Source: Octopus vulgaris (Eukaryota). Taken from it: a stretch of 64,000 nt of DNA. Positions 53,066-64,000 of this stretch are shown here, piece by piece (positions within the stretch are counted from its first letter, which is position 1; the number at the start of each line of letters is the position of its first letter). The translations under genes and the position numbers were made by a program. The notes beneath the pieces are model-generated. The model ran no database searches, was not told the DNA's origin, and saw only the letters and a list, made by a program, of their open reading frames with translations. The DNA lies in contig OX597819.1 of the NCBI GenBank assembly GCA_951406725.2, forward strand, positions 30,132,001-30,196,000. Reading direction: 5' to 3'.

Positions 53066-54354
53066 CGATATATAAACAGCACGGATTTACTGGCAATCTT
53101 GGTTCCATTATAGACGATATCAGCATGGATGGAATATTTTCTATCATAAGTATGTTCGTTTATGGTTAACAGAATGTTAAGTAACAAGAATAAAAATCAT
53201 TACAATTGGAGCTTCATGTCAGAGATGGCCCGCGACTGTAGTGAAAAGATAGTGAAAGTTTGTTATTTTGCTATCAGAAATAAAAAAGACTCGATTTACG
53301 CGGGATAGGACATGGTGAAGCAGAAATGGGTAAGAGTGTTTATCGACACATCTTTAGAAATAGATGTGATCGTTTTCTTAGCAACGGTTTCATTATTTCA
53401 TCCTAACTGTTCTCATGGACATGTGTTTGTTTGTGTGTGTGTGAGAGAGAGAGAAGGGAGAAAGAGAAAGGGAGAGAAAGGAAGACAGTCTCTTTGTGTG
53501 GAAGCTTTTGTCTAGATGTGTGTATATGTATGTTATATGTGTACGTTTACATCTGTTGGGATAGATATCTTTATTACACATTGTTGAACTGACAACTTGT
53601 AACCGACATAGCCAAATTTTATGGTAGTCTCGCTTTAACGTGCCTCATAGGAAAACAACCGTGAGGAAGAAACAATTTAACAGTCGCTAAGAAAACTACC
53701 ACATCTATTTCAAAGACATGAATATAACACACTTTGTCATATCTGCTTTACCATGGTCTTTCCTGTGAAAAGTTGTGAGCCATCTCATCGAAGGTTACTA
53801 CTCCTGTCACATCTTCTCTCCAGCACTATTACGTTTACAAACTGAACGTCTCTCCCGATTTAACAGCCAATGTGGGTTGCGTAATATGTAATTTTGCTTT
53901 ACGTAACCAGTAATCACCTTATGCTAATGAAACTTGTGTAAGATATTGCAATTAAACATCTTAAAAACTATCCTCTCATCTTTTTTGTTTTCTGTTCTAA
54001 ATATACTTAGTGGAACACTCGAACTCACTGTTAACATCAAGAGATAAAATTACACTACACAAAATGATTCACTTAGAGTTTTTAAATCTGGTTATTTGAC
54101 TAGCAGTTTCAGGATTAAAATCCTTCGCCATATCGCGGTTCACCTATTACGGTTTATTATTTAAGCTTACGTCGATTCCTCCGTGGTGCTGTTTCTCAGT
54201 TATAATAAAATGAATATATACAAACTATAAAAATATTTTTTTTTAATGAATATATGAATAAACTCCTAGGAGGCTTTCGCTGTTATCAGTAAATTCTCTA
54301 AATTTCACCCCTGCTCATAGAAGCTGCATAAAAGCTCCCGATATATAAATATTC

Positions 54355-54788
54355 GGATCTTTTCGGTTTGAACGGCAGTTTTTAACATAATTTCTAGGTA
54401 ACTAAAAAAATTTAAACTTCGTATACTGGTAGAATGTGTTTATAAAACATCTTTTTTTCTTGGCTTTATTGATAAAATTCTATAGTTTGTAAGATATTTG
54501 TTGTTTTTCTTTTCTTCAATTTCTGCAATTTCAACCAATCAATGACGTATTTGAGGTAAAAAAAGCATTCTGTGCCGTATTATGTCCCTCGTTTAAGAAA
54601 CAGATTGGGTTTATTTACATTTGTGAAGAAAAAAAGATACCCTTCCTCCCACCCCTAACCATAACCATAACCCTAACCCTAACCCTAAAACAGATTGAAA
54701 TGCAATAGATCGATACTAGGGTCATAATTATGGGTGACAATTTCATATGACACCGCTAGAAAAACTGCCGTTCAAACCGATAAGATCC
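54355..54788 (+). mobile_element. MITE copy 5 (Merlin-like, telomeric repeats)
   Basis: TIRs intact; (CCCTAA)n/(CCATAA) at ~54653-54688; TSD not clearly conserved. Confidence 0.92.
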
Positions 54789-55391
54789 CAAGTATCTTCT
54801 TCGGGGAATCAGCCTACCGAAAAGTTGGACGACCGTCAGACAAAGAACAAGTTCCCAAAACCTTTGGCAAACGAATGACCTATGCAGGAAATCAACCAAT
54901 CAGAGTACGGGATTTCTACTTGTCAAAAGACAAGTAATCAAAACAGTCAATAAATAAATGACGTGATCAGGAAATCAACCGACGATACTTGTCTCAGTCA
55001 GCTGAATGTTTGTTTCATTTTTTTCTGAGCGTCCGGTTTTCACTAGTAAAAAAAGATTCTAAGTAGTTAAGCCTAAGGCAACGTCAGCAACTTGTGGTGT
55101 AAGTTGTTTGAAGTTATAGTTTTTAATCCCAGAGGAAGCCAGTTATTTCAACTTTTGATTGTTTCTAGTCGATTTTAGCGAATAAATTGAGATTTTCAAT
55201 CTAATATAGAATATTTAGTTATGATTGATATTTCTTAGTAGACATATTTTCCTTATTTCAACTGTATTAGGCTGAAGTGTTTCCGATGCATTGATATAGA
55301 GGAAAATTTTGGTATTTTGATTGTTTATTCGTGGAACACTGGTCAAGACGTTTACTCACGGGAATTTTCCAAGTTGTCTATTTAAAGCATT

Positions 55392-55449
<58 letters not shown>

Positions 55450-55593
55450 CATACATACATACATACATACATACATACATACATACATACATACATACAT
55501 ACATACATACATACATACATACATAGTTACATAGCTAAATAGATACACACACCGACCGACCGATGGATAGACGGACGGACAGATCGATCGATC

Positions 55594-55655
<62 letters not shown>
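55392..55655. repeat. (GATA)n(CATA)n(GATA)n tetranucleotide repeats
   Basis: Direct inspection. Confidence 0.97.
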
Positions 55656-56156
55656 ATCAAATAAAACATGGAAATGTAAGAGGTAAGAATATTTTTACTA
55701 CTCCCGTAGAAGCTACAAATGTTTTATAATCCACTCAGAATTACATCAACTTTGCAAGACACGCACAAATACACACACACACACACACACACACACAGAT
55801 ACATTCATATATTGAAACACACAATGCATAACGCATGCATAATCATACGACGTGGTACACAAGACAATTTTCAAAGCGCATGAGGAAGAATACTTCAAAG
55901 ATTCTCTTCGTGACAAACCAAGCGATGGGTTGAGTTTGTTAAACAAAAAAGAGAAACTATCTTTTCACCTGCCTTCATTCTGCTTCTGTTTAACCAATTT
56001 TAATTACCGGGCTTTTATCGACATGAAACTATGATCGAAAAACACTTTTCCAAGGCACCGCACTGTGAGATTGAACCTGAAACTAGTAGCTGCGTAACGA
56101 AATTTCAAGCTATACAACCACACCCAACCTTTCGGCGATTATAAAGCATTCGGCAT

Positions 56157-56386
56157 GCGGCGAGCTGGCAGAAACGTTAGCACGCCGGGCGATATGCGTA
56201 GCCGTATTTCATCTGCCGTTACGTTCTGAGTTCAAATTCCGCCGAGGTCGACTTTGCCTTTCATCCTTTCGGGGTCGATAAATTAAGTACCAGTAACGCA
56301 CTGGGGTTGATGTAATCGACTTAATCCGTTTGTGTGTCCTTGTTTGTCCCCTCTGTGTTTAACCCCTTGTGGGTAGTAAAGAAATA
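56157..56386 (+). mobile_element. SINE family A, full length with TSD
   Basis: 17-bp TSD TATAAAGCATT(C/T)GGCAT at 56140-56156 and 56387-56403. Confidence 0.93.
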
Positions 56387-56678
56387 TATAAAGCATTTGG
56401 CATAGGCAATATTGAAATGTCATGTACCATAATTCAACAATTTAAAAGTTTGGCTAACGTGATATATTAGAATGATGTCATGGATTATATACATAAAAAT
56501 CTAAGGAGTTTCTTAGAATGTCCCTACAGACGTTGCTCTTTGTTAAATAATGAAAGTTTGCCAGTGATGTAAACATTTAGAGATAACAAGGCAACTATAA
56601 ACTTGAAACATCGAATTCCATTTTTTTTTCACCACGACATAAGAATGAACTCCTCCAAACTCGCAGATTCCTCTCTTT

Positions 56679-56719
<41 letters not shown>

Positions 56720-56769
56720 CTATATATGTATGGGTATGTGCGTGCCTGTATGGTATGCATGAAGCAGTT

Positions 56770-57544
56770 TTCGATCCACAAGATGACAGAGGAGATATTA
56801 CCCGACGAGACCAGACTGAGAGTCATGGTAGAGGGGAGACCACCAATATGCTTTCAATGTAGAGTAAGGGGGCACGTAAAGGCAAGGTGTCCCCAGAAAC
56901 ATGGACAATAGGTGGTGGAGGAAGAGAGGTTGGAGTATGTAAATGAAATAGCGGAGAAAGAAGTAGAGTTGTTCGAGGACGACAAGAGAAAAAATAGTGA
57001 GTCTTCACCAAAAAAGAAAAGGAAATCAGAAACAAAGGGAAAAAGAAAAGTTGAAGCAACGATAGAACAAATACAAGGGCCGGAGCCGTCAACAAGTAAG
57101 GAGGAGGAAGGGCTAGAAGAACTGGTAGATCTGCTAGAAACAACAGCAATAATGTCAGAGAATGTTGAAAGAAGGCCGAAGCTGTCAACAAGTAAGGTTG
57201 ACGAAGAACGGAAGTCATTGGAAGAACCGATAACAGAATCCGCAATAATGACAGAGAATGTTGAAAGAAGGCCACGTAAAGGAAAATACGACAGAATGTA
57301 TGTGAGATGCGAGAAAAGCGTAGAAATTGAAAAACGGATAGCAAGAATGAAGGGAGTTATCAGAGTGAAACTTGCAGATAAAGAGGAGAATCGAAACAAG
57401 AAAGCAATTTTATTAGAGGATGAAAAAGCAGCCAGACTGAAAGAGACATTCGGAAGTAGGATAGAGAATACAGCAGTATGGGTCCGATTCGACGAATTAC
57501 CACCTGTGATAACTTTTGAGGAGATGGTAAGTCTTTTGATATAG
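56770..57544 (+). mobile_element. L1/Tx1-type ORF1 (gag-like) remnant with CCHC knuckle
   Basis: VEGRPPICFQCRVRGHVKARC, an in-frame TAG at 56909-56911, then a 210-aa charged region with a duplicated AIM(S/T)ENVERRP motif. Confidence 0.7.
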
Positions 57545-57559
57545 AAAAAAAGAGATACA

Positions 57560-58162
57560 AGCTGAACAGTAAAAAATATATGAAATGAACAGTACAAACT
57601 GAACAGAAAATATATGAAATGAACAGTACAAACTGAACAGTAAAAAATATATGAAATGAACAGTACAAACTGAACAGTAAAAAATATATGAAATGAACAG
57701 TACAAACTGAACAGTAAAAAATATATGAAATGAACAGTACAAACTGAACAGTAAAAAATATATGAAATGAACAGTACAAACTGAACAGTAAAAAATATAT
57801 GAAATGAACAGTACAAACTGAACAGTAAAAAATATATGAAATGAACAGTACAAAATGAACAGTAAAAAATATATGAAATGAACAGTACAAACTGAACAGT
57901 AAAAAATATATGAAATAAACAGTACAAACTGAACAGTAAAAAATATATGAAATGAACAGTACAAACTGAACAGTAAAAAATATATGAAATGAACAGTACA
58001 AACTGAACAGTAAAAAATATATGAAATGAACAGTACAAACTGAACAGTAAAAAATATATGAAATGAACAGTACAAACTGAACAGTAAAAAATATATGAAA
58101 TGAACAGTACAAACTGAACTGTAAAAAATATATGAAATGAACAGTACAAACTGAACAGTAAA
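57560..58162 (+). repeat. 37-bp minisatellite, ~16 copies
   Basis: Unit AACTGAACAGTAAAAAATATATGAAATGAACAGTACA; nearly homogeneous, no spacers. Confidence 0.97.
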
Positions 58163-58432
58163 AGCAGTAAAACGCATCTTTCAACTTGGTAGGCTAGAAA
58201 GCCATTTTCATTCATCATTATGTGTTATTTTTACATCTCATAAATCATATGCTAATTTTTATATGTACCCAACGTTTGCGTTGTCTGTCCTCATAGTGTC
58301 TCCTCTATATTTAGGTCTTTATGCCTCATAAAGAAAAGAGTTTTCGATCAATTTATAATTAGACATCTACACAGGCACGGGTAGCCTATGTAGCGCCCTC
58401 TGATTGTATATGTAAAAATATAACAATATCAA

Positions 58433-58668
58433 CCTATTTCTTTACTACCCACAAGGGGCTAAACAGGGAGGAGACAAACAAGGACAGACAAACGATATTA
58501 AGTCGATTATATCGATCCCAGTGCGTAACTGGTACTTATTTAATCGACCCCGAAAGGATGAAAGGCAAAGTCGACCTCGGCGGAATTTGAACTCAGAACG
58601 TAACGGCAGACAAAATACGGCTACGCATTTCGCCCGGTGTGCTAACGTTTCTGCCAGCTCTCCGCCTT
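58433..58668 (-). mobile_element. SINE family A, full length
   Basis: Reverse complement of the 56157-56386 copy. Confidence 0.9.
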
Positions 58669-60979
58669 TGCCAATCAACCAGTAACACAAAACATTGAAC
58701 GTGGAAGGCTCTTGCCATTGAAATATATTAACTATAACTATGATTTACTATGGTCTCCTGTAGTTTGGCATTCTTTTGATAATGATGCCCATCTCTGGTG
58801 ACTATTAAGGCTGAAAGCCTCTCTCTTATTGAGGATTGATCTCTATTGGGAGTTTGAAGATATACAGTACGATTCGACATGAAATAGAAAACAGACACAC
58901 GTGATCAATAGTTCTATTAATACCGATTACTCTTATAGATGACCAGTTAGCAGAGCCGTTAAAATGTCCGATAGATCGACTGGGAGCAATCGTCAGGCAC
59001 TCTTAAGTTCAGAGAGACTTTAAATTCTGCCGAGGTCAACTTCTCCACGCATTCGATAAATAAAGTACCACCAATCTTCTACAAGAATCTTTGAAGAAGA
59101 AATTGGTAACGGTCCGAGGAAAGGAAGGGCTCCGCCATGTTTCAAAATGCATAAGGATCAATGTATGTCAAGATAGCGCACCTATAACTTTGTCAAGAAG
59201 TTGAGGGTCCACAGCAACGCTAGACAATAGCGATAGTATTCAGGATTCTCAGACATGTACGTTTTCAAAATACTCGGAAGAAAGCTACTATCGTATTTAA
59301 ACCTAATTTTGCTCCTAAACATTTCTTCAACGCTTTCTTTTTTAGGCCATTGATTAAAGAAGGAATCAGATACACGTTGGGAGATCTATAGTCAGTCATT
59401 CGACTGCTAGAAATATCAGCCAAATCTTCCACAATCACCACTACAGTCTTAAGATGGAAGGACACATTAGCTAGTGTATTCCAAGATATACTAAATCTGA
59501 AAATAAGATGGGTACATCAAAGCTAGAAAGCTTTTGATTATAAATCTGCTTAATCAAATATGATCGGAGTTAAACAACAAAACCAATAACAAAAAGAAGA
59601 AATTGAATAATTCTTGAGAAAATAATATTTCCTGATTCGCCGTAATATTCCAGACTTTATGGAGAGAGAAAGGAAATGATACACATGGATGATTTACTCT
59701 GGAATGTTAACGTTGAGCAACAACTGAAATAGTATTAGTCAAACCAAATCATCACTTCACCTGTTAACTGAACCCAACCCGTTGTGATATTACCAATTAC
59801 TTTACAATGTTCACAAATAAAAGGAGCAGCAATATATGGTTATATAAATATTTATTTGACCGTAAAAGACATACATTTACAGATACCTGACGTTCTATTC
59901 GGAACATCTTAGAATAGTTACTGTTATATATTTAAGAACAGAACTCACTTAAAGTAATTTCAAATAATGGTATTACAAGAAAGTGGCTAAATAGCATAAG
60001 CACTTACCATAATTAATTCTGAAAGTTCTGCAAAAATATTACACTTCAGTAAGAATGTATAACGCACATTATATTCTTTATTATGTAAATGCACGTTTCG
60101 TCTTCCTTCCACATAAAAATGGTTAGTTTATGATGAAGTCCTTCATTTTCCTTTAAAAACAGAAAAATAGAATTTTAATGTTTCCTTAATTATTCACCAT
60201 ACGTTTGAAGGTTACATAAATATGTGTGTGCTTGTGTGTTTATGTATGTATGCATGTATGCATACCATACAAGTCTACCACCTGTAGATGGAAGCATATA
60301 TTTTTCTATGAACAAAATTTCAGCATTAAAAAAAAAATAGAGATAAATACAAGCTACAAAAGCCGTAGATTTTACACGGATGTTAGCGTTAAAAGTAAAT
60401 TGGTTTCTAGATGGAATCAAAACCGATTTGCAGATTTAGCCTTTTAAGAGTTCACCCTTTATTTAAAGATATTCAATACAATTTGAGTGCATATTTACAT
60501 GTATCTCGTCTAACGAAGAACTTTAAAATTACAATTTTACATTGATCCAGTCTACATTTCACTTTAAAAGGAAATTTTGTTCAAATTTACAAACTTTATG
60601 AATCTATTTCGGTTGCTGCTTTCATTTGCATATATTTTTTTCCTTATTATTATTTTTTCCACTTCTAAAATATCTGCAGATCAAAGTTGAATCCAGAGTC
60701 GTTGACATATGCACATTGAGACACAAACGTTTCAACTAATTTCCGTTCTGAGATCTTCCAAGTCGCATGTTAGATTTGACAAACTGTGAATTTTAGGCAG
60801 CAGTAAAAAAAAGGTAAAAGAGAAAATGCCCTGTTCTATCATTACTATTGTGAGTACTGTGTCTGAAGAGGTTTCTTTTGTAAGAGGGAATAATATATAG
60901 GCGACCATTTTGGCAGATCTTTCACTCCATATAAAGTTAAAATATGTCTGTTTCTTTCATTTCTCTCTATATATGTATG

Positions 60980-61054
<75 letters not shown>

Positions 61055-61057
61055 ATG

Positions 61058-61097
<40 letters not shown>

Positions 61098-61102
61098 TAA
61101 AT

Positions 61103-61362
61103 ATCACCTTGATCACCTTGACCGACCAGTCCGTCAGGCGTCCATTTGACACCGCTGGTCACAGCACGCTGTCCACTCCTCTCTGGATCGCGCCTTTCTC
61201 ATCCACGTGATCCCAATCATCCTCTTGAAATCGTAACTCCACCGTCGTGGAGGTCTTCTGGGTGGTCTTTTCCGCTCACGCGGGTACCACTCGACAACTG
61301 CGTGCGTCCACCGATTATCGGTGAGCCGGGCGACGTGTCCAGCCCATCTATACTTGCTGCGC
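61103..61362 (-). mobile_element. RTE-clade LINE 3' end
   Basis: [33 protein letters not shown]; short tandem tail (TCAAGGTGA)2. Confidence 0.88.
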
Positions 61363-61385
61363 ATATATATATATTCTATATATAT

Positions 61386-61478
<93 letters not shown>

Positions 61479-61480
61479 TA

Positions 61481-61519
<39 letters not shown>

Positions 61520-61535
61520 ATATATATATATATTA

Positions 61536-61583
<48 letters not shown>

Positions 61584-61660
61584 TACATACATACATGTAT
61601 GTATGTATGTATGAATGTATGTATGTATGTATGTGTACATACATATATATGTATGTGTAC

Positions 61661-61700
<40 letters not shown>

Positions 61701-61901
61701 ATGTACGTATGTATGTATTTAAATACATTCACAGAACAGATGTATAAGCAGTTTTGAAAATTATATTTGGGGAATACTGTGAGAAAAGGAAGTGTTGTAA
61801 TCAATTTTTGAAATCAGCATTTAGATTAAATCTTAATATGACAAAGAACAAGATATTTCCAGTTATTCACTCTTTTATTATTTTTATCATTATTATTATT
61901 A

Positions 61902-61954
<53 letters not shown>

Positions 61955-61967
61955 GTCATTTACTTTT

Positions 61968-62306
61968 AATCTGCATGTTTGATGCAATCACTTGCCGGGG
62001 CACACCCAGCGCCCTAGGGCAAGTGAAGGTTAAGAGTTGTCGAAATATAGCTGAAAGCTTGGGGAGGGGAAGTAGAGAAATATCTCCATGTAATACAACA
62101 CAAACATTTACATTGATAGGGTTTTTCTAAGGATGTGGGCAGTACTTGTTAGCACAATCTTTCGGATTTCCTTGAGACATGGTTCTCCATGGATATTATC
62201 TAGGTGTTTCTGATATCCCTTTTTTATCATACCTAGGACACCTACAATAACAGGAACAGATTTTGTTTTAAGATTCCACATCTTTTGTATTTCGATTTCC
62301 AGATCC
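61968..62306 (-). mobile_element. R4/Dong-like LINE 3' end in (TAA)n
   Basis: Minus-strand translation DLEIEIQKMWNLKTKSVPVIVGVLGMI...KIVLTSTAHILRKTLSM*. Triplet repeats on both sides. Confidence 0.85.
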
Positions 62307-62496
<190 letters not shown>

Positions 62497-62497
62497 T

Positions 62498-63640
62498 TAC
62501 AGTGTAGGTAAAAATGCACTGGAGTCTTTAGTCATCTGTCAAGTCACAACAAGGACCTCAGACAGATAATACTTTCCTTAAAATTTGCGCTGTGCCTAAT
62601 GAGGCTGCTTTTTGCAAGACATCTATCTTGCATGGGATTTCCAGTTACTTTAAGAAGTCTTGAAGTTTCAATGGGATTGAGCCCAACGCTTCGATTACCA
62701 CTGGTATCACTTTTACATTACCTTCTCGCATTCCATACAGTCTTGCCATTTCTACCTTCAATTCGGTGTACTTGGTGATTTTTTTTCAACCTCTACTCAC
62801 AACATTCATGTCCTTTGGTATGGCTACATCAATGATCTGACAGTATTTATATCTCTTATTCAGTATGACAATATCCGGCCGACGGTGTTAGATTACACGA
62901 TCCGTCTGAGAGTCATAGCCCCAGAGTATCGTTACATTTCCATCCTCTTGCATAACTTTACTTGGTACCAGTCCTCTGTTACTTCATATTGGTTTTTACT
63001 GCATAAGAGCCAATGGAGATACACACACACACTTTAACGTGGCGGCACTTGTATTCTTTTTGTGCAAGGCTCTCACATCCACTGACCAATTCGGTCACAT
63101 TTTTCACACTCTTTCCACAGAGTCTGCATTTCTGGGTCAGAAGTTTTATAAATTGGTAGCGAGAGCCTGGTCTTGTGCAGCAATGATCAGGTTTTCGGTG
63201 ATACACTTCAAATGACCTCGCTCAAGCCATTCCCGCGATACTGTATTATACATAACGTCCTGTGTATTCCTTTCAAACTGTCCATGCATTCTCATTTCAA
63301 GGTCTTCTTTTCTCTTCTCAGCTCTTTTAGTTAAACTCTTCCTTGCCCATCATTTCATCTGTATTTACACCCATATATTTCGCAGCATATTGTAGCAGGT
63401 CTCCATCACTATTTATCAAATACTCAGTAAGCGTTCTCCTTTCACTCCTTATACAATAGTCTATACTAATTAGTCCTCTGCCACCATTCTTTCTTTTCAT
63501 ATACAGTATGTTTACGTTTGCTTTAGGGTGTAGCGCCCCATGGAGCGTCATCAACTTTCTCGTCCTTCTGTCCAGTGGTGATATTTCCTCCTTAGTCCAT
63601 TTGACGATGGATGCACTATATCTGACCCAGATATTCATTA
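62498..63640 (-). mobile_element. R4/Dong-like LINE 3' portion, degenerate
   Basis: LDRRTRKLMTLHGALHP..LY..RK.GGRGL; CRLC...SGC..LAQKEYK.RH; RPDIVI..IIDVAIP; LQKAASLGTAQILRK. Confidence 0.88.
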
Positions 63641-63644
63641 CATT

Positions 63645-64000
63645 AATCAAATTTTCTGTTGATTTTATAAATAGAGTAGAAGACTCCTTGGAAAGCAAAG
63701 GAGTTGATGCGGATCTCATAAACTTGCTTCATAAGATGGTAAAGCTTCTTGTTATCATTTGCATCAGCAGAAGCCTCAACATCACGAGCACGATCCTCCC
63801 ACCAAGTGTTCCGCATCTTCCTGAGAGATCGCTGCAGTAGTGATTTTACACTGCTATAGTGGGCAAGTGCTAGATTTCGCTGCACAGCTGAAAGTCCTGT
63901 GTGCAGCAGTACATTGTGGGCATGGCGCTTTACAGCCAATAGTCACTGGACTTCAGCATCATTTTCATCAAACCAGTCTCTGTATCTGGCAGTAGTATAT
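63645..64000 (-). mobile_element. RTE-clade LINE internal fragment (runs off the window)
   Basis: DWFDEND...QRSLRKMRNTWW..RA..VEASAD.ND.KKLY..MKQVY, the linker between endonuclease and RT in RTE elements. Confidence 0.75.

Noticed and set aside
57560-58162. CRISPR-like array (37-bp repeat)
   Set aside because: Units are contiguous with no unique spacers, there are no cas genes, and the context is eukaryotic.
56854-58218. Long hydrophobic minus-strand ORFs (454, 274 and 226 aa)
   Set aside because: Artefacts of the stop-free 37-bp repeat read in three frames, plus antisense of the ORF1 remnant.

Overview
AT-rich, microsatellite-dense eukaryotic (animal) DNA. From recalled repeat families it looks like a coleoid cephalopod (Octopus) genome; no search was run. 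Most ORFs in the track are microsatellite artefacts. The only credible host coding sequence is the last exon of a GPI-anchored Ly6/uPAR (Quiver/sleepless-like) protein at 52576-52793. The rest is transposon material: CR1-like, RTE, L1/Tx1-like and R4/Dong-like LINEs, Penelope-like elements, Helitrons, mariner/hAT/Tigger elements, a Gypsy fragment and several tRNA-derived SINE families. Four observations stand out. (1) Seven to eight minimal hammerhead-ribozyme motifs occur, including one in a tRNA-headed, TSD-flanked SINE and one family shared by a Penelope element and a fold-back mini-element. (2) Five copies of a GG-terminal, 8-bp-TSD (Merlin-like) MITE carry telomeric (TTAGGG)n. (3) A SINE and a CR1-like LINE share a 3' tail with a compensatorily varied hairpin. 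(4) R4/Dong-type elements repeatedly sit in (TAA)n tracts. Many element boundaries are approximate.
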